DNA of 64,000 bases from Pseudomonadota bacterium. GTDB lineage: Bacteria > Pseudomonadota > Gammaproteobacteria > Steroidobacterales > Steroidobacteraceae. The stretch covers positions 5,342 to 69,341 of the forward strand of contig JANYBG010000140.1 of NCBI GenBank assembly GCA_025360865.1, in the 5' to 3' direction. The notes under the pieces were generated by a model. It saw nothing but the letters and a program-made list of their open reading frames with translations. It was not told the DNA's origin and ran no database searches. The position numbers and the translations under genes are program-made. This document shows, in pieces, positions 21,678 through 31,179 of the stretch (positions are counted from its first letter, which is position 1; each line of letters begins with the position of its first letter).

Positions 21678-22667
21678 ATGGAGTCCTTCAAGGCTTTCCG
21701 CATCCATTCCGAGGACGGCAAGATCGCCGCGCGCTTCGAGGACATCACCCTCGATGACCTCGCGCCCGGGGAAGTCGTGGTGCGCGTCAGCCACTCAGGC
21801 ATCAACTACAAGGACGCGCTCGCGGCCACCGGGGCGGGCAGGATTCTCCGGCGCTACCCGCTGGTGGGCGGTATCGATCTGGCCGGCGTGGTCGAGTCAT
21901 CCACCGATGCGCGCTTCGCCAAGGACGACGCGGTATTGGTCACCGGCTGCGCGCTGTCGGAGACCCACGATGGCGGCTACGCGCGCTTCGCGCGCGTCAA
22001 AGGCGAGTGGGTCATCCCGCTGCCGCCGGGACTCACCGCCTTCGAGGCCATGACGCTGGGCACGGCCGGATTTACCGCGGCGTTCGCGATCGACCGCATG
22101 GAGCAGAACGGCCAGGACCCCGCCGGCGGACCGATCGTGGTGACGGGTGCCTCCGGGGGCGTCGGCAGCGTCGCCGTCGACATGCTCGCCACGCGGGGCT
22201 ACCGTGTCATCGCCGTGAGCGGCAAGCCCGCCGCGGTCGAGTACCTGAAAGCGCTGGGCGCGCACGAAGTGCTGGCGCGCGCCGGACTCGACCTCGGCAG
22301 CCGGGCGCTCGAGACCGCCCGCTTCGGCGGCGCCATCGACAACCTGGGGGGAGAAGTGCTCACCTGGCTTACGCGCACGGTGGACTTCTGGGGCAACATC
22401 GCGAGCATCGGGCTCGCATCCGGGCCTGAGCTCAAAACCACCGTCATGCCCTTCATCCTGCGCGGCGTGTCACTGCTGGGCATCAACTCATCGGCGACTC
22501 CGCGCGAGCGGCGCGTCGCCGTGTGGCGGCGGATAGCGACCGACCTCAAACCCCGGCACCTGGCGCGCATCGCCACGCGCACCATCGACTTCGCGGATCT
22601 GCCCGCGGCCTTCCCGGCATACCTCGACGGCGCGGTCACCGGGCGCACGGTGGTACGCATAGGCTGA
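21678..22667 (+). CDS. acuI: YhdH/AcuI-type NADPH-dependent oxidoreductase (putative acrylyl-CoA reductase)
   Basis: 329 aa MDR-family protein. N-terminus FKAFRI...GEVVVRVSHSGINYKDALA matches the YhdH/YhfP subgroup. Nucleotide motif GASGGVGS. Starts at the nucleotide after the MBL stop. Confidence 0.78.
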   Translation: MESFKAFRIHSEDGKIAARFEDITLDDLAPGEVVVRVSHSGINYKDALAATGAGRILRRYPLVGGIDLAGVVESSTDARFAKDDAVLVTGCALSETHDGGYARFARVKGEWVIPLPPGLTAFEAMTLGTAGFTAAFAIDRMEQNGQDPAGGPIVVTGASGGVGSVAVDMLATRGYRVIAVSGKPAAVEYLKALGAHEVLARAGLDLGSRALETARFGGAIDNLGGEVLTWLTRTVDFWGNIASIGLASGPELKTTVMPFILRGVSLLGINSSATPRERRVAVWRRIATDLKPRHLARIATRTIDFADLPAAFPAYLDGAVTGRTVVRIG

Positions 22668-22771
22668 ACGGACTAAAACGATCCTACTCGCGGGTAGGAT
22701 TGACGCCCCCCTGACCGTGCAGGCGGAAGCCCGCGCGGTATAGACTGTGGCTTCCCTTGCGAGGTCGCACT

Positions 22772-23653
22772 ATGTCGGACACCTCAGTCACCGCCGGCGC
22801 GCGCCTGCGGGCCGCGGTTGAGGCGGAACGCCCGCTGCAGGTCGTCGGCGCCATCAACGCCTACTCGGCATTGCTTGCCCAGCGGGCGGGTTTCCGCGCG
22901 CTGTACCTCTCCGGCGCCGGCGTCGCCAACGCCTCCTTCGGCCTGCCGGACTTAGGCATGACATCGCTCAACGATGTGTGCGAGGACGTGCGCCGCATCA
23001 GCGGCGCGAGCTCCGTGCCACTGCTGGTCGATGCCGACACCGGTTGGGGCTCGGCATTCAACATATCCAAGACCACGCGCGATCTCATCCGCGCGGGCGC
23101 GGCTGGCATGCACCTGGAGGACCAGGTCTCGGCCAAGCGCTGCGGGCATCGCCCCGGCAAGGCGCTCGTGCCCAAGGAGGAGATGGTCGACCGCATCAAG
23201 GCCGCGGTCGACGGCCGCGACACCGCGGGCTTCGTGATCATGGCGCGCACCGATGCGCACGCGGTGGAAGGCCAGGCCGCCGCGATCGAGCGCGCCCAGG
23301 CCTATGTCGAGGCCGGCGCCGATATGATCTTCGCCGAGGCGCTTAAGACCCTGGACGAGTACCGAGAGTTCTCCTCAAAGGTGCCGGTGCCGGTGCTCGC
23401 CAATATCACCGAGTTCGGCCAGACCCCGCTGTTCAGCGTCGAGGAGCTAGGCGGCGCGGGTGTGCGCCTGGTGCTCTATCCCCTGTCCGCGTTCCGCGCC
23501 GCGGCCAGGGCCTCGGAAGGTATCTACGGGGCGATCCGCAAGCAGGGCACGCAGAAGGCGGTCACGGGAAACATGCAGACACGCGCCGAGCTCTACGAAG
23601 TGCTCGGCTACCACGAGTACGAGAAGAAGCTCGACGAGCTGTTCGGGAAGTAA
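22772..23653 (+). CDS. prpB: 2-methylisocitrate lyase
   Basis: ATG at 22772 with GAGG 7 nt upstream; the track ORF begins at TTG 22757. ICL/PEP-mutase signature ...[16 protein letters not shown]... Confidence 0.93.
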   Translation: MSDTSVTAGARLRAAVEAERPLQVVGAINAYSALLAQRAGFRALYLSGAGVANASFGLPDLGMTSLNDVCEDVRRISGASSVPLLVDADTGWGSAFNISKTTRDLIRAGAAGMHLEDQVSAKRCGHRPGKALVPKEEMVDRIKAAVDGRDTAGFVIMARTDAHAVEGQAAAIERAQAYVEAGADMIFAEALKTLDEYREFSSKVPVPVLANITEFGQTPLFSVEELGGAGVRLVLYPLSAFRAAARASEGIYGAIRKQGTQKAVTGNMQTRAELYEVLGYHEYEKKLDELFGK

Positions 23654-23656
23654 GCC

Positions 23657-24808
23657 ATGAACGAGACCACCCCAGGCTTCAAGCCGAAGAAGTCCGTCGC
23701 CCTCTCGGGGGTGACCGCGGGCAACACCGCGCTGTGCACGGTCGGGCGCACCGGCAACGACCTGCACTACCGCGGCTACGACATCCTCGAGATCGCCAGC
23801 ACCTGCGAGTTCGAGGAGATCGCGTACCTGCTGATCCGGGGCAAGTTCCCCAACCGCGCGGAACTGACCGCCTACAAGGGCAAGCTCAAGGCTCTGCGCG
23901 GGATCCCCGCCCCCGTGCGCGAGGTGCTGGAGAGCCTTCCCGCGGCGACCCACCCGATGGACGTGCTGCGCACGGCGACCTCCGCACTGGGGTGCGTGCT
24001 GCCGGAGAAGGACGACCACGGCGCTCCGGGCGCGCGCGACATCGCCGACCGCCTGGTGGCCTCCCTGGGCTCGATGCTGGTCTACTGGTACCACTACAGC
24101 CACAGTGGCCTGCGCATCCAGGTCGAGACCGAGGACGACTCGGTCGGTGGCCACTTCCTGCACCTCTTGCACCGCCGCGCGCCGCCGGCGTCCTCGGTGC
24201 GCGCGATGCACACCTCGCTGATCCTCTACGCCGAGCACGAGTTCAACGCCTCGACCTTCGCCGCGCGTGTCATCGCCGGCACCGGCGCCGACATCTACTC
24301 CTGCCTCACCGGCGGCATCGGCGCGCTGCGAGGACCTAAGCACGGTGGCGCCAACGAGGTCGCCTTCGAGATCCAGAAGCGCTACGACACGGTCGCCGCC
24401 GCCGAGGCCGACATCCGCGCGCGCGTGGCCGCGAAGGAACTCATCACCGGCTTCGGCCACCCGGTGTACACCGTCTCCGACCCACGCAACGTCGTGATCA
24501 AGGAAGTGGCGCGCGCGCTCTCCAGGGAGGCCGGCGACATGACCATGTTCGACATCGCCGACCGCATCGAGGCGGTGATGATGGATACCAAGAGGATGTT
24601 CGCGAACCTCGACTGGTTCTCGGCCGTCTCCTACCACCTGATGGGCGTGCCCACCGCCATGTTCACCCCGCTGTTCGTGATCGCCCGCACCACCGGGTGG
24701 TCGGCGCACGTCATGGAGCAGCGCGCGGACGGCAAGATCATCCGCCCGGCGGCCAACTACGTCGGCCCGGAGAACCTCAAGTTCGCGCCAATCGACCAGA
24801 GAAAGTAG
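23657..24808 (+). CDS. prpC: 2-methylcitrate synthase
   Basis: 383 aa. Citrate synthase signatures ...[13 protein letters not shown]... and [13 protein letters not shown]. Lies between prpB and prpD. Confidence 0.93.
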   Translation: MNETTPGFKPKKSVALSGVTAGNTALCTVGRTGNDLHYRGYDILEIASTCEFEEIAYLLIRGKFPNRAELTAYKGKLKALRGIPAPVREVLESLPAATHPMDVLRTATSALGCVLPEKDDHGAPGARDIADRLVASLGSMLVYWYHYSHSGLRIQVETEDDSVGGHFLHLLHRRAPPASSVRAMHTSLILYAEHEFNASTFAARVIAGTGADIYSCLTGGIGALRGPKHGGANEVAFEIQKRYDTVAAAEADIRARVAAKELITGFGHPVYTVSDPRNVVIKEVARALSREAGDMTMFDIADRIEAVMMDTKRMFANLDWFSAVSYHLMGVPTAMFTPLFVIARTTGWSAHVMEQRADGKIIRPAANYVGPENLKFAPIDQRK

Positions 24809-24819
24809 TCCCCAAAGCC

Positions 24820-26283
24820 ATGTCCTCCCACGATATCAAGTCCGCCCACCGCCCCGATCCCGACCCAGCGCTCAGGGCCATCGCCGCCTACGCGCGCGAC
24901 TTCAGCATCATGAGCGATGTCGCGTACGACACCGCGCGCTACTGCCTGATGGACACCCTCGCCTGCGGCTTCCAGGCGTTGAAGTACCCCGCCTGCCGCA
25001 AGCTCCTGGGTCCCGTCGTCCCGGGCGCCGTCATGTCAGGCGGCGCGCGCGTGCCGGGCACCTCGTTCGAGCTGGATCCGGTGCAGGCGGCCTTCAACAT
25101 CGGCGCGATGGTGCGCTGGTTGGACTTCAACGACACCTGGCTCGCCGCGGAGTGGGGTCACCCTTCGGATAACCTCGGCGGGATCCTCGCCGTCGCGGAC
25201 TACCTGGCGCGCGGCGCGGTCATGTCGGGCAAGACCCCGCCGACCGTGCGTGATGTGCTCACCGCGATGATCAAGGCGCACGAGATCCAGGGCGTGCTCG
25301 CCCTCGAAAACAGCTTCAACCGCGTCGGCCTCGACCACGTGCTGCTGGTGCGAGTCGCCTCCACCGCGGTCGTCACGGCCATGCTGGGCGGCACGCTCGA
25401 GCAGGTGACGAACGCGGTCTCCAACGCCTGGATCGACGGTGGCGCGCTGCGCACCTACCGCCATGCCCCCAACACCGGCTCGCGCAAGAGCTGGGCGGCC
25501 GGGGATGCCACCAGTCGCGCGGTGCGCCTGGCGCTCATCGCCCTCACCGGTGAGATGGGCTACCCGTCGGCGCTCTCGGCCAAGATCTGGGGGTTCAGCG
25601 ACGTGCTCTTCAAGGGCAAGCCCCTGTCGCTGCCGCAGCCCTTCGGCAGCTATGTCATGGAGAACGTGCTGTTCAAGATCTCCTTCCCGGCGGAGTTCCA
25701 CGCGCAGACCGCGGTGGAGGCGGCGATGACGCTGCATCCGAGAGTGAAGGATCGCATCGGCGACATCGAGCGCATCGTCATCGAGACGCAGGAGCCCGGG
25801 GTTCGCATCATCGACAAGACCGGACCGCTGGCGAATCCCGCCGACCGCGACCACTGCATCCAGTACATGGTGGCGATACCTTTGATCTTCGGGCGCCTCA
25901 CGGGCGAGGACTACGAGGACTCGATCGCCAACGATCCGCGCGTGGATGATCTGCGGGCGAGGATGCGGGTGCGCGAGAACACCACCTTCACCACCGAGTA
26001 CTACGCCGCCGACAAGCGCTACATCGGCAACGCGGTGCAGGTGTTCTTCAAGGACGGCGCGCACACGGAGCGGGTGCAGGTGGACTTCCCGATCGGTCAT
26101 CGCAAGCGCCGCGCGGAAGGCATGCCGGTGCTGGCGCGCAAGTTCCAGTCATCGGTGGATGCGCACTTCGCGCCGAAGCAGGCGGAGCGCGTCAAGGCGC
26201 TGTTCGCGAAATCCGCCGCGCTGGATGCCATGCCGGTGAACGAGTTCGTGGCGGCTCTGGTTACCAACGGTTCGGCGGCCTAG
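24820..26283 (+). CDS. prpD: 2-methylcitrate dehydratase
   Basis: Internal ATG (codon 42) of the track ORF. 487 aa MmgE/PrpD family ([25 protein letters not shown]...). Confidence 0.93.
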   Translation: MSSHDIKSAHRPDPDPALRAIAAYARDFSIMSDVAYDTARYCLMDTLACGFQALKYPACRKLLGPVVPGAVMSGGARVPGTSFELDPVQAAFNIGAMVRWLDFNDTWLAAEWGHPSDNLGGILAVADYLARGAVMSGKTPPTVRDVLTAMIKAHEIQGVLALENSFNRVGLDHVLLVRVASTAVVTAMLGGTLEQVTNAVSNAWIDGGALRTYRHAPNTGSRKSWAAGDATSRAVRLALIALTGEMGYPSALSAKIWGFSDVLFKGKPLSLPQPFGSYVMENVLFKISFPAEFHAQTAVEAAMTLHPRVKDRIGDIERIVIETQEPGVRIIDKTGPLANPADRDHCIQYMVAIPLIFGRLTGEDYEDSIANDPRVDDLRARMRVRENTTFTTEYYAADKRYIGNAVQVFFKDGAHTERVQVDFPIGHRKRRAEGMPVLARKFQSSVDAHFAPKQAERVKALFAKSAALDAMPVNEFVAALVTNGSAA

Positions 26284-26340
26284 CTCGCGCCACCGAGGGA
26301 AAACGCGCCCACCGGGAGCGCGTCTGGTCGAGTCAGGGAA

Positions 26341-26368
26341 AGGGGCGGCGTGTGCCGCCCCCTTTTTT
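26341..26368 (+). terminator. rho-independent terminator after prpD (possibly bidirectional with degP)
   Basis: GGGGCGGC-GTGT-GCCGCCCC stem-loop followed by TTTTTT. Lies in the 86-nt convergent gap and abuts the degP-like stop. Confidence 0.7.
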
Positions 26369-26369
26369 C

Positions 26370-27875
26370 TCAGCCGACCTTCACCGGCACGAACAGGCGC
26401 GCATCGCCGCGCTGGATCAGCAGCGCCACGTGGCCCTTGGACTTCTCCACCGCGGTGCGCAGCTCATCCGCGTTCGTCACCGCGGCGCCGTTGGCCGCGA
26501 GCACCACGTCGCCCGACTGGATGCCGGCATCGGCGGCGGGGCCGGTGGCGCGCTCGACGATCACGCCGCCCTTCAGGTTGGCCTGGCGCTGCTCCTCGGG
26601 GGTCAGTGGGCGCACCGACAGCCCGAGCTTCCCGCCCTGCTCGCGCGGGGCGACGTTCGCCGCGGTGCGCTTGTCCTCCAGCGAGCCTAAGGTCACGGCG
26701 ATGTTGCGCGCCGCGTGGTCGCGCCACACCTCGAGGTTCACCACGGTGGCCGGCGGGATCGCCGCGATCTGCACCGAGAGGTCAGAGGAGTCCTTCAGGA
26801 GCTCGCCATTCAGCTTGAGGATGACGTCCCCCGGCTCGATGCCGGCGCGCTCGGCGGGACCGCCTTTCTCCAGGCTCGCGACCAGCGCGCCTTCGGGCTG
26901 CGGCAGGCCGAAGGAGTCGGCCAGGCCCTGGGTGACGCGCTGGATCGTGACACCGACCTTGCCGCGGGTGACGTGCCCGGTGCTCTGCAGCTGCTGGCTC
27001 ACACCCATCGCCACATCGATCGGGATCGAGAACGAGACACCCATGTAGCCGCCGCTGCGGCTGTAGATCTGCGAGTTGATCCCCACGACCTCACCGCGCA
27101 TGTTGACCAGCGGGCCGCCCGAGTTGCCCGGGTTGATCGGCACGTCGGTCTGGATGAAGGGGACCACACCTGAGTCGAGCGTGCGGCCCTTGGCGCTGAC
27201 GATGCCGGCCGTGGCGCTGTTCTCGAAGCCGAACGGGGCGCCGATGGCGAGCACCCATTCACCGACCTTGAGCGCGCGCGAATCGCCGATCTTCACCACC
27301 GGCAGGTCCTTCGCCTCGATCTTGAGCACCGCGATGTCGGACTTTGTGTCCACGCCCACGACCTTGGCGGTGTACTCGCGCCGGTCGGTCATGCGCACCA
27401 CGACCTCGGTCGCCCCGTTCACCACGTGCGCGTTGGTGAGGATCACACCATCGCTGCGCACGATGAACCCGGAGCCCTCGCCATGGGAGGGCGCCTGCTG
27501 TGGCGCCGGTATGCCGCGGAAGAAGGGCGCGAACGGGCTGTTGGGCCCGAAGGGATTGGCGTTGCCGCCACCGCCGTTGTCATCCGGGTCACCCTCATCG
27601 CCCTGGCCATTCACGGCCGGGGCTCCCTTGGTGAGGACGGCGATGTTCACGACCGCGGGGCCGTAGCGCTGCACCATGGAGCTGAAGTCCGGTAGCCCGA
27701 CGACCACGGGGTTGGCGGCCGCGGTCGCCGCGGCGGGTGCGCCGGCCGGGGCCGGCTGAGTGGCCGCGGCGCGCGTCACGCCCGCCATGTACAGCGCGCC
27801 CATCGGCGCGGCGATGGTGGCGGCGCCGATGACGGCGGCGACCAGGGGTTTCCTCACCAGGTTCGGCAGGTTCAT
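26370..27875 (-). CDS. periplasmic serine endoprotease, DegP/DegQ/MucD (Do) family
   Basis: ATG at 27875 (MNLPNLVRKPLVAAVIGAA... signal peptide). Catalytic ...TNAHVV..., ...DIAVLK..., GNSGGPLV, then two PDZ-like regions. Confidence 0.9.
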   Translation of the reverse strand: MNLPNLVRKPLVAAVIGAATIAAPMGALYMAGVTRAAATQPAPAGAPAAATAAANPVVVGLPDFSSMVQRYGPAVVNIAVLTKGAPAVNGQGDEGDPDDNGGGGNANPFGPNSPFAPFFRGIPAPQQAPSHGEGSGFIVRSDGVILTNAHVVNGATEVVVRMTDRREYTAKVVGVDTKSDIAVLKIEAKDLPVVKIGDSRALKVGEWVLAIGAPFGFENSATAGIVSAKGRTLDSGVVPFIQTDVPINPGNSGGPLVNMRGEVVGINSQIYSRSGGYMGVSFSIPIDVAMGVSQQLQSTGHVTRGKVGVTIQRVTQGLADSFGLPQPEGALVASLEKGGPAERAGIEPGDVILKLNGELLKDSSDLSVQIAAIPPATVVNLEVWRDHAARNIAVTLGSLEDKRTAANVAPREQGGKLGLSVRPLTPEEQRQANLKGGVIVERATGPAADAGIQSGDVVLAANGAAVTNADELRTAVEKSKGHVALLIQRGDARLFVPVKVG

Positions 27876-27932
27876 GCACAGGCTCCGTAGCAGGATCGGC
27901 CAGGGTGGCCGGTTGGGCAGCACGATAGAAAG

Positions 27933-27959
27933 GGCGCCTTATGGGATCCTTAAGGCGCG
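27933..27959 (-). terminator. hairpin downstream of cytochrome c4 (weak terminator candidate)
   Basis: 9-bp stem GGCGCCTTA/TAAGGCGCC with a 9-nt loop. On the minus strand it is followed only by CCTTTCT, a poor U-tract. Confidence 0.3.
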
Positions 27960-28011
27960 CAATACCTTGAGCCGGAAGGAGATTCCGGCGCGAACCGTGA
28001 CGGGAGGCACG

Positions 28012-28650
28012 TTACTCGGTCAGGATGCTGTAGGGACGCGGCTCGGTCTTCAGCCCGGGCGAGAGATGGCTGTAGTAGCGCACGATGACGGCGATGTCAG
28101 CGTCTTTAAGGTTCGAGGCGAAGCCCTTCATGATCGCGTTCTTGCGGCCGCCCTTAGCGTACTCCTCGATCGCGCGCTTGAGGTAGTCCTCGTGCTGGCC
28201 GGCGAGTGAGGGATACATCGGGGTGATGCTCACGCCATCGGCGCCGTGGCAGGCGGAGCACAGCGCGGCCGCCGGCGGCACATTGGCAGGAGCCTTGCCG
28301 GCGGACTCGAGCGGCTTGCCGGCGAAATAGACGGCGATGTCGGCGATGTCCTGCTCGGAGAGCGTCGAGGCCACCGAGTGCATGGTCAGGTGGGCGCGGT
28401 CACCGTCGCGATAGCCGTGCAGGGCGGCGGAGATGTACTCGGTGTGCTGGCCCTGGAGCATCGGCACGCTGTAGTCCGGATAGGCGTTCTTGTAGCCAGC
28501 GATGCCGTGGCAGCCCAGGCAGGTGTAGGAGAGCTCCTTGCCTCGCTTAGCATCACCGGGGGCGGCGGCCTGTTGCGCCAGGGCCGTGCCAGCGAACGCC
28601 AGGGCGGCGATCGCCGTAAACAAAATTCCCCGGCCGCGCTCTCTCATCAT
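28012..28650 (-). CDS. dihaem cytochrome c4
   Basis: Two CXXCH motifs (CLGCH, CSACH), each followed by a distal Met region. Signal peptide ILFTAIAALAFAGTALA. Start is at the ATG-ATG pair after GGGAGAG. Confidence 0.88.
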   Translation of the reverse strand: MMRERGRGILFTAIAALAFAGTALAQQAAAPGDAKRGKELSYTCLGCHGIAGYKNAYPDYSVPMLQGQHTEYISAALHGYRDGDRAHLTMHSVASTLSEQDIADIAVYFAGKPLESAGKAPANVPPAAALCSACHGADGVSITPMYPSLAGQHEDYLKRAIEEYAKGGRKNAIMKGFASNLKDADIAVIVRYYSHLSPGLKTEPRPYSILTE

Positions 28651-28722
28651 CTCTCCCAACCCATGCTCAAAACGGCCCGAATCTTACGGACTCGCCCGTC
28701 CAAATGCCACACTACGCGGGCC

Positions 28723-29160
28723 ATGATCGCACTCATTCAACGTGTCACGCGCGCCGATGTTCAGGTCGATGAGGCGAGTGTCGGCGCGATCGGCGCAGGC
28801 GTGCTCGCGCTCATCGGCGTCACCCGCGCGGACACCAGCGCGGATGCCGCGCGGCTGCTCGAGCGACTGCTGGGTTACCGCCTGTTCGCGGACGCGGCGG
28901 GGAAGATGAACCTGTCGTTGCGCGATACCGGCGCGGCGCTGCTCCTGGTGCCGCAGTTCACCCTCGCGGCGGATACGAAAAAAGGCTCACGCGCGGGCTT
29001 CAGCACGGCCGCTGAACCGGAGCGGGCGCGTGAGCTGTTCACCGACCTGCTCAGGCGGGCGCGAGAGGCCTATCCCGCTGTTTCCGCAGGCGTATTTGGC
29101 TCTCACATGCAGGTGTCCCTGGTCAACGATGGACCGGTCACGTTCTGGCTTGAGAGCTGA
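28723..29160 (+). CDS. dtd: D-aminoacyl-tRNA deacylase
   Basis: Internal ATG of the 304-aa track ORF. 145 aa MIALIQRVTRA...GKMNLSL...LVPQFTL...NDGPVTFWLES. Confidence 0.92.
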   Translation: MIALIQRVTRADVQVDEASVGAIGAGVLALIGVTRADTSADAARLLERLLGYRLFADAAGKMNLSLRDTGAALLLVPQFTLAADTKKGSRAGFSTAAEPERARELFTDLLRRAREAYPAVSAGVFGSHMQVSLVNDGPVTFWLES

Positions 29161-29282
29161 AACGCGGCGAGCGTGACGCGCGTCCCGGATACCGGTGAAC
29201 TTGTGGGGTTCCAGTCGCCTATTTGACCTATCATCGGTTTTTCGCTTGTTCCGCCCCGGGGCGGAGGATTCGTGGAGGCTTT

Positions 29283-29525
29283 ATGGGTTTAGGAATGCGC
29301 GAACTGGTGGTCATCCTGCTGGTCGTGCTCGTCGTGTTCGGCGCGAAGAAGCTGCGCACTGTGGGCTCGGACCTCGGACACGCCGTGCGGGGCTTCAAGA
29401 AGGCCATGAGCGAGGGCGAGGAAGAGCAGAGCACTGCGCCGAAGCAGATCCGCGCCGACGGCGCGGACGCGGATTTCACCGACGCCGCCAAGCAGCCCGA
29501 GAAGAAGCCCGAACGGAGCGCGTGA
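29283..29525 (+). CDS. tatA: twin-arginine translocase subunit TatA
   Basis: MGLGMRELVVILLVVLVVFGAKKLRTVGSDLG... is a TM helix plus the FG.KKL hinge. GGAGG lies 4 nt upstream. Confidence 0.9.
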   Translation: MGLGMRELVVILLVVLVVFGAKKLRTVGSDLGHAVRGFKKAMSEGEEEQSTAPKQIRADGADADFTDAAKQPEKKPERSA

Positions 29526-29526
29526 T

Positions 29527-29853
29527 CTGTTCGAAGGCCGGTTCTTTGAGGTTCTGATCATCTTCATCCTGGCACTGGTGGTGCTGGGACCGGAGAAGCT
29601 CCCCCGTGTCGTCTCGGAACTCGGCCGCTGGATAGGCAGGGCGCGCGCGATGGCGCGCCAGTTCCGCGAGCAGCTCGAGGAAGAGGTCCAGCTGGAGGAG
29701 GCGCGCAAGAAGCCGATGCCGCCGCCTGCACCGCCACCGCCACCGCAACCGCCACCGCCTGACACGTTCTCCCATGCGCACCCGACCGATGCGACCGGCG
29801 CGGATACCTCGCCGCCGCCCGGCGCGGCCCTGAGCGCCGATGAGCGCCGATGA
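29527..29853 (+). CDS. tatB: twin-arginine translocase subunit TatB (non-canonical CTG start inferred)
   Basis: The frame is open from before 29527: (L)FEGRFFEVLIIFILALVVLGPEKLPRVVSELGRWIGRARAMARQFREQLEEE... is a TatB N-terminus. The first ATG/GTG/TTG in frame is GTG 29578, which would delete the TM helix. Stop overlaps the tatC ATG (ATGA). Confidence 0.78.
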   Translation: MFEGRFFEVLIIFILALVVLGPEKLPRVVSELGRWIGRARAMARQFREQLEEEVQLEEARKKPMPPPAPPPPPQPPPPDTFSHAHPTDATGADTSPPPGAALSADERR

Positions 29854-30614
29854 GCACCAATCCTGAGAAGCTCGCCGAAGGCACGCTGATATCGCACCTG
29901 CTGGAGCTGCGCGACCGGCTGCTGCGGGCCATGATCGCCATCGGCATCGCCTTCGTGCCGTGCATGTTCTATTCGAACCAGATCTTCAGCTTCATCGCCC
30001 AGCCGCTGCTGTCGAAGCTCCCCCAGGGCGGCAACCTGATCGCCACCGGGGTCATGACCCCCTTCACCACCCCATTCAAGCTGGCCTTCTTCACCGGCGT
30101 GCTGATCGCGATGCCGTATGTGATCTTCCAGCTGTGGTCCTTCGTCGCCCCCGGGCTGTATCGCAACGAGCGCCGCTTCGCGGTGCCGCTGCTGGCCTCC
30201 TCGATCATCCTCTTCTACGTCGGCATCGCGTTCGCCTTCTACTTCGTCTTCCCGGTGATGTTCCAGTTCTTCGCCAGCACGACCCCGAAGGGCGTGGCGA
30301 TGATGACCGACATCAACAATTACCTGGACTTCGTGGTGACTATGTTCTTCTGCTTCGGGCTTGCCTTCGAGGTGCCCGTCGCGGTCGTGCTGCTGGTGGT
30401 CATGGGCATGGTGAAGGTGGCGGCGCTGAAGAAGAACCGGGGCTACGTGCTGATCGGGATCTTCATCCTGGCGGCCCTCCTCACCCCGCCGGACGCGATC
30501 TCGCAGTGCTCGCTCGCCATCCCGATGTACGCTCTCTATGAGGCCGGCATCCTCATGGCACAGGTACTGGTGCGCAAGAAGGCCCAAGCCGAGCTCGTCA
30601 AGACCGACAAATGA
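29850..30614 (+). CDS. tatC: twin-arginine translocase subunit TatC
   Basis: 254 aa, six TM helices. ...LISHLLELRDRLLRAMIAIGIAF... Confidence 0.93.
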   Translation: MSTNPEKLAEGTLISHLLELRDRLLRAMIAIGIAFVPCMFYSNQIFSFIAQPLLSKLPQGGNLIATGVMTPFTTPFKLAFFTGVLIAMPYVIFQLWSFVAPGLYRNERRFAVPLLASSIILFYVGIAFAFYFVFPVMFQFFASTTPKGVAMMTDINNYLDFVVTMFFCFGLAFEVPVAVVLLVVMGMVKVAALKKNRGYVLIGIFILAALLTPPDAISQCSLAIPMYALYEAGILMAQVLVRKKAQAELVKTDK

Positions 30615-30732
30615 GTTACCCCGGCATCGACACACCCGGCTCGACGAACGCGGCGGCTGGCGCGACCGGCCGACTTCCCGCGGGCCACCCGTTGGGCGCA
30701 GGATGGGAACTCAGGGATAAGCGAGGCAAGCG

Positions 30733-31065
30733 ATGAACGAGCCACCTCTGGACAGGCTCAGCGGCCACACGCTCCGGATCAACTGGGACACAGGGCCCAC
30801 CAAGGGCAGAAGCTACGACCACGAATTCCGCGCCGATGGCACGGTGGAGTTCCGCGCCGCCGGCACCCCGAAGGTGGTCGGCGCGGAACGACCGGCCTAC
30901 TTCGCGCTCGACGTCGGGCCCGATGCGCTGTTGATGTCGTACCTGTCGCGCAATGGCTTCACGCTCAGCGTGGCGCTGAACTACGCGGACGGCACCTGCG
31001 CGGCCATCGCCTCCAACGAGAAGATGCTGTCACCGGCCACGGGGACCTTCACGGTCATCGCCTAG
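30733..31065 (+). CDS. small soluble protein, MoaF/calycin-like fold suspected
   Basis: 110 aa. LSGHTLRINWDTGPTKGRSYDHEFRADGTVEFRAAG...YFALDVGPDALLMSY... resembles MoaF N-terminal-type domains. The family assignment is from memory only. Confidence 0.5.
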   Translation: MNEPPLDRLSGHTLRINWDTGPTKGRSYDHEFRADGTVEFRAAGTPKVVGAERPAYFALDVGPDALLMSYLSRNGFTLSVALNYADGTCAAIASNEKMLSPATGTFTVIA

Positions 31066-31179
31066 AACGGCTGCGGCCGCCGCCCCCGCCAAAGAGCGCG
31101 CATTGCGCCTCGGCCGCGGCGTGGTACAGACTCGCGCGGTTCCTTCAACTGTGCCGCAGGGCAAAGGCCGACCCAGCGC

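Noticed and set aside
22680-22699. ATCCTAC-TCGCGG-GTAGGAT hairpin after acuI as a rho-independent terminator
   Set aside because: It has only a 7-bp stem and no following U-tract. It cannot be called a terminator from sequence alone.
29289-30635. 448-aa minus-strand ORF across tatA-tatB-tatC
   Set aside because: It is antisense to three conserved Tat genes. The translation is dominated by E/H/R/G/D repeats, so it is a high-GC artefact.
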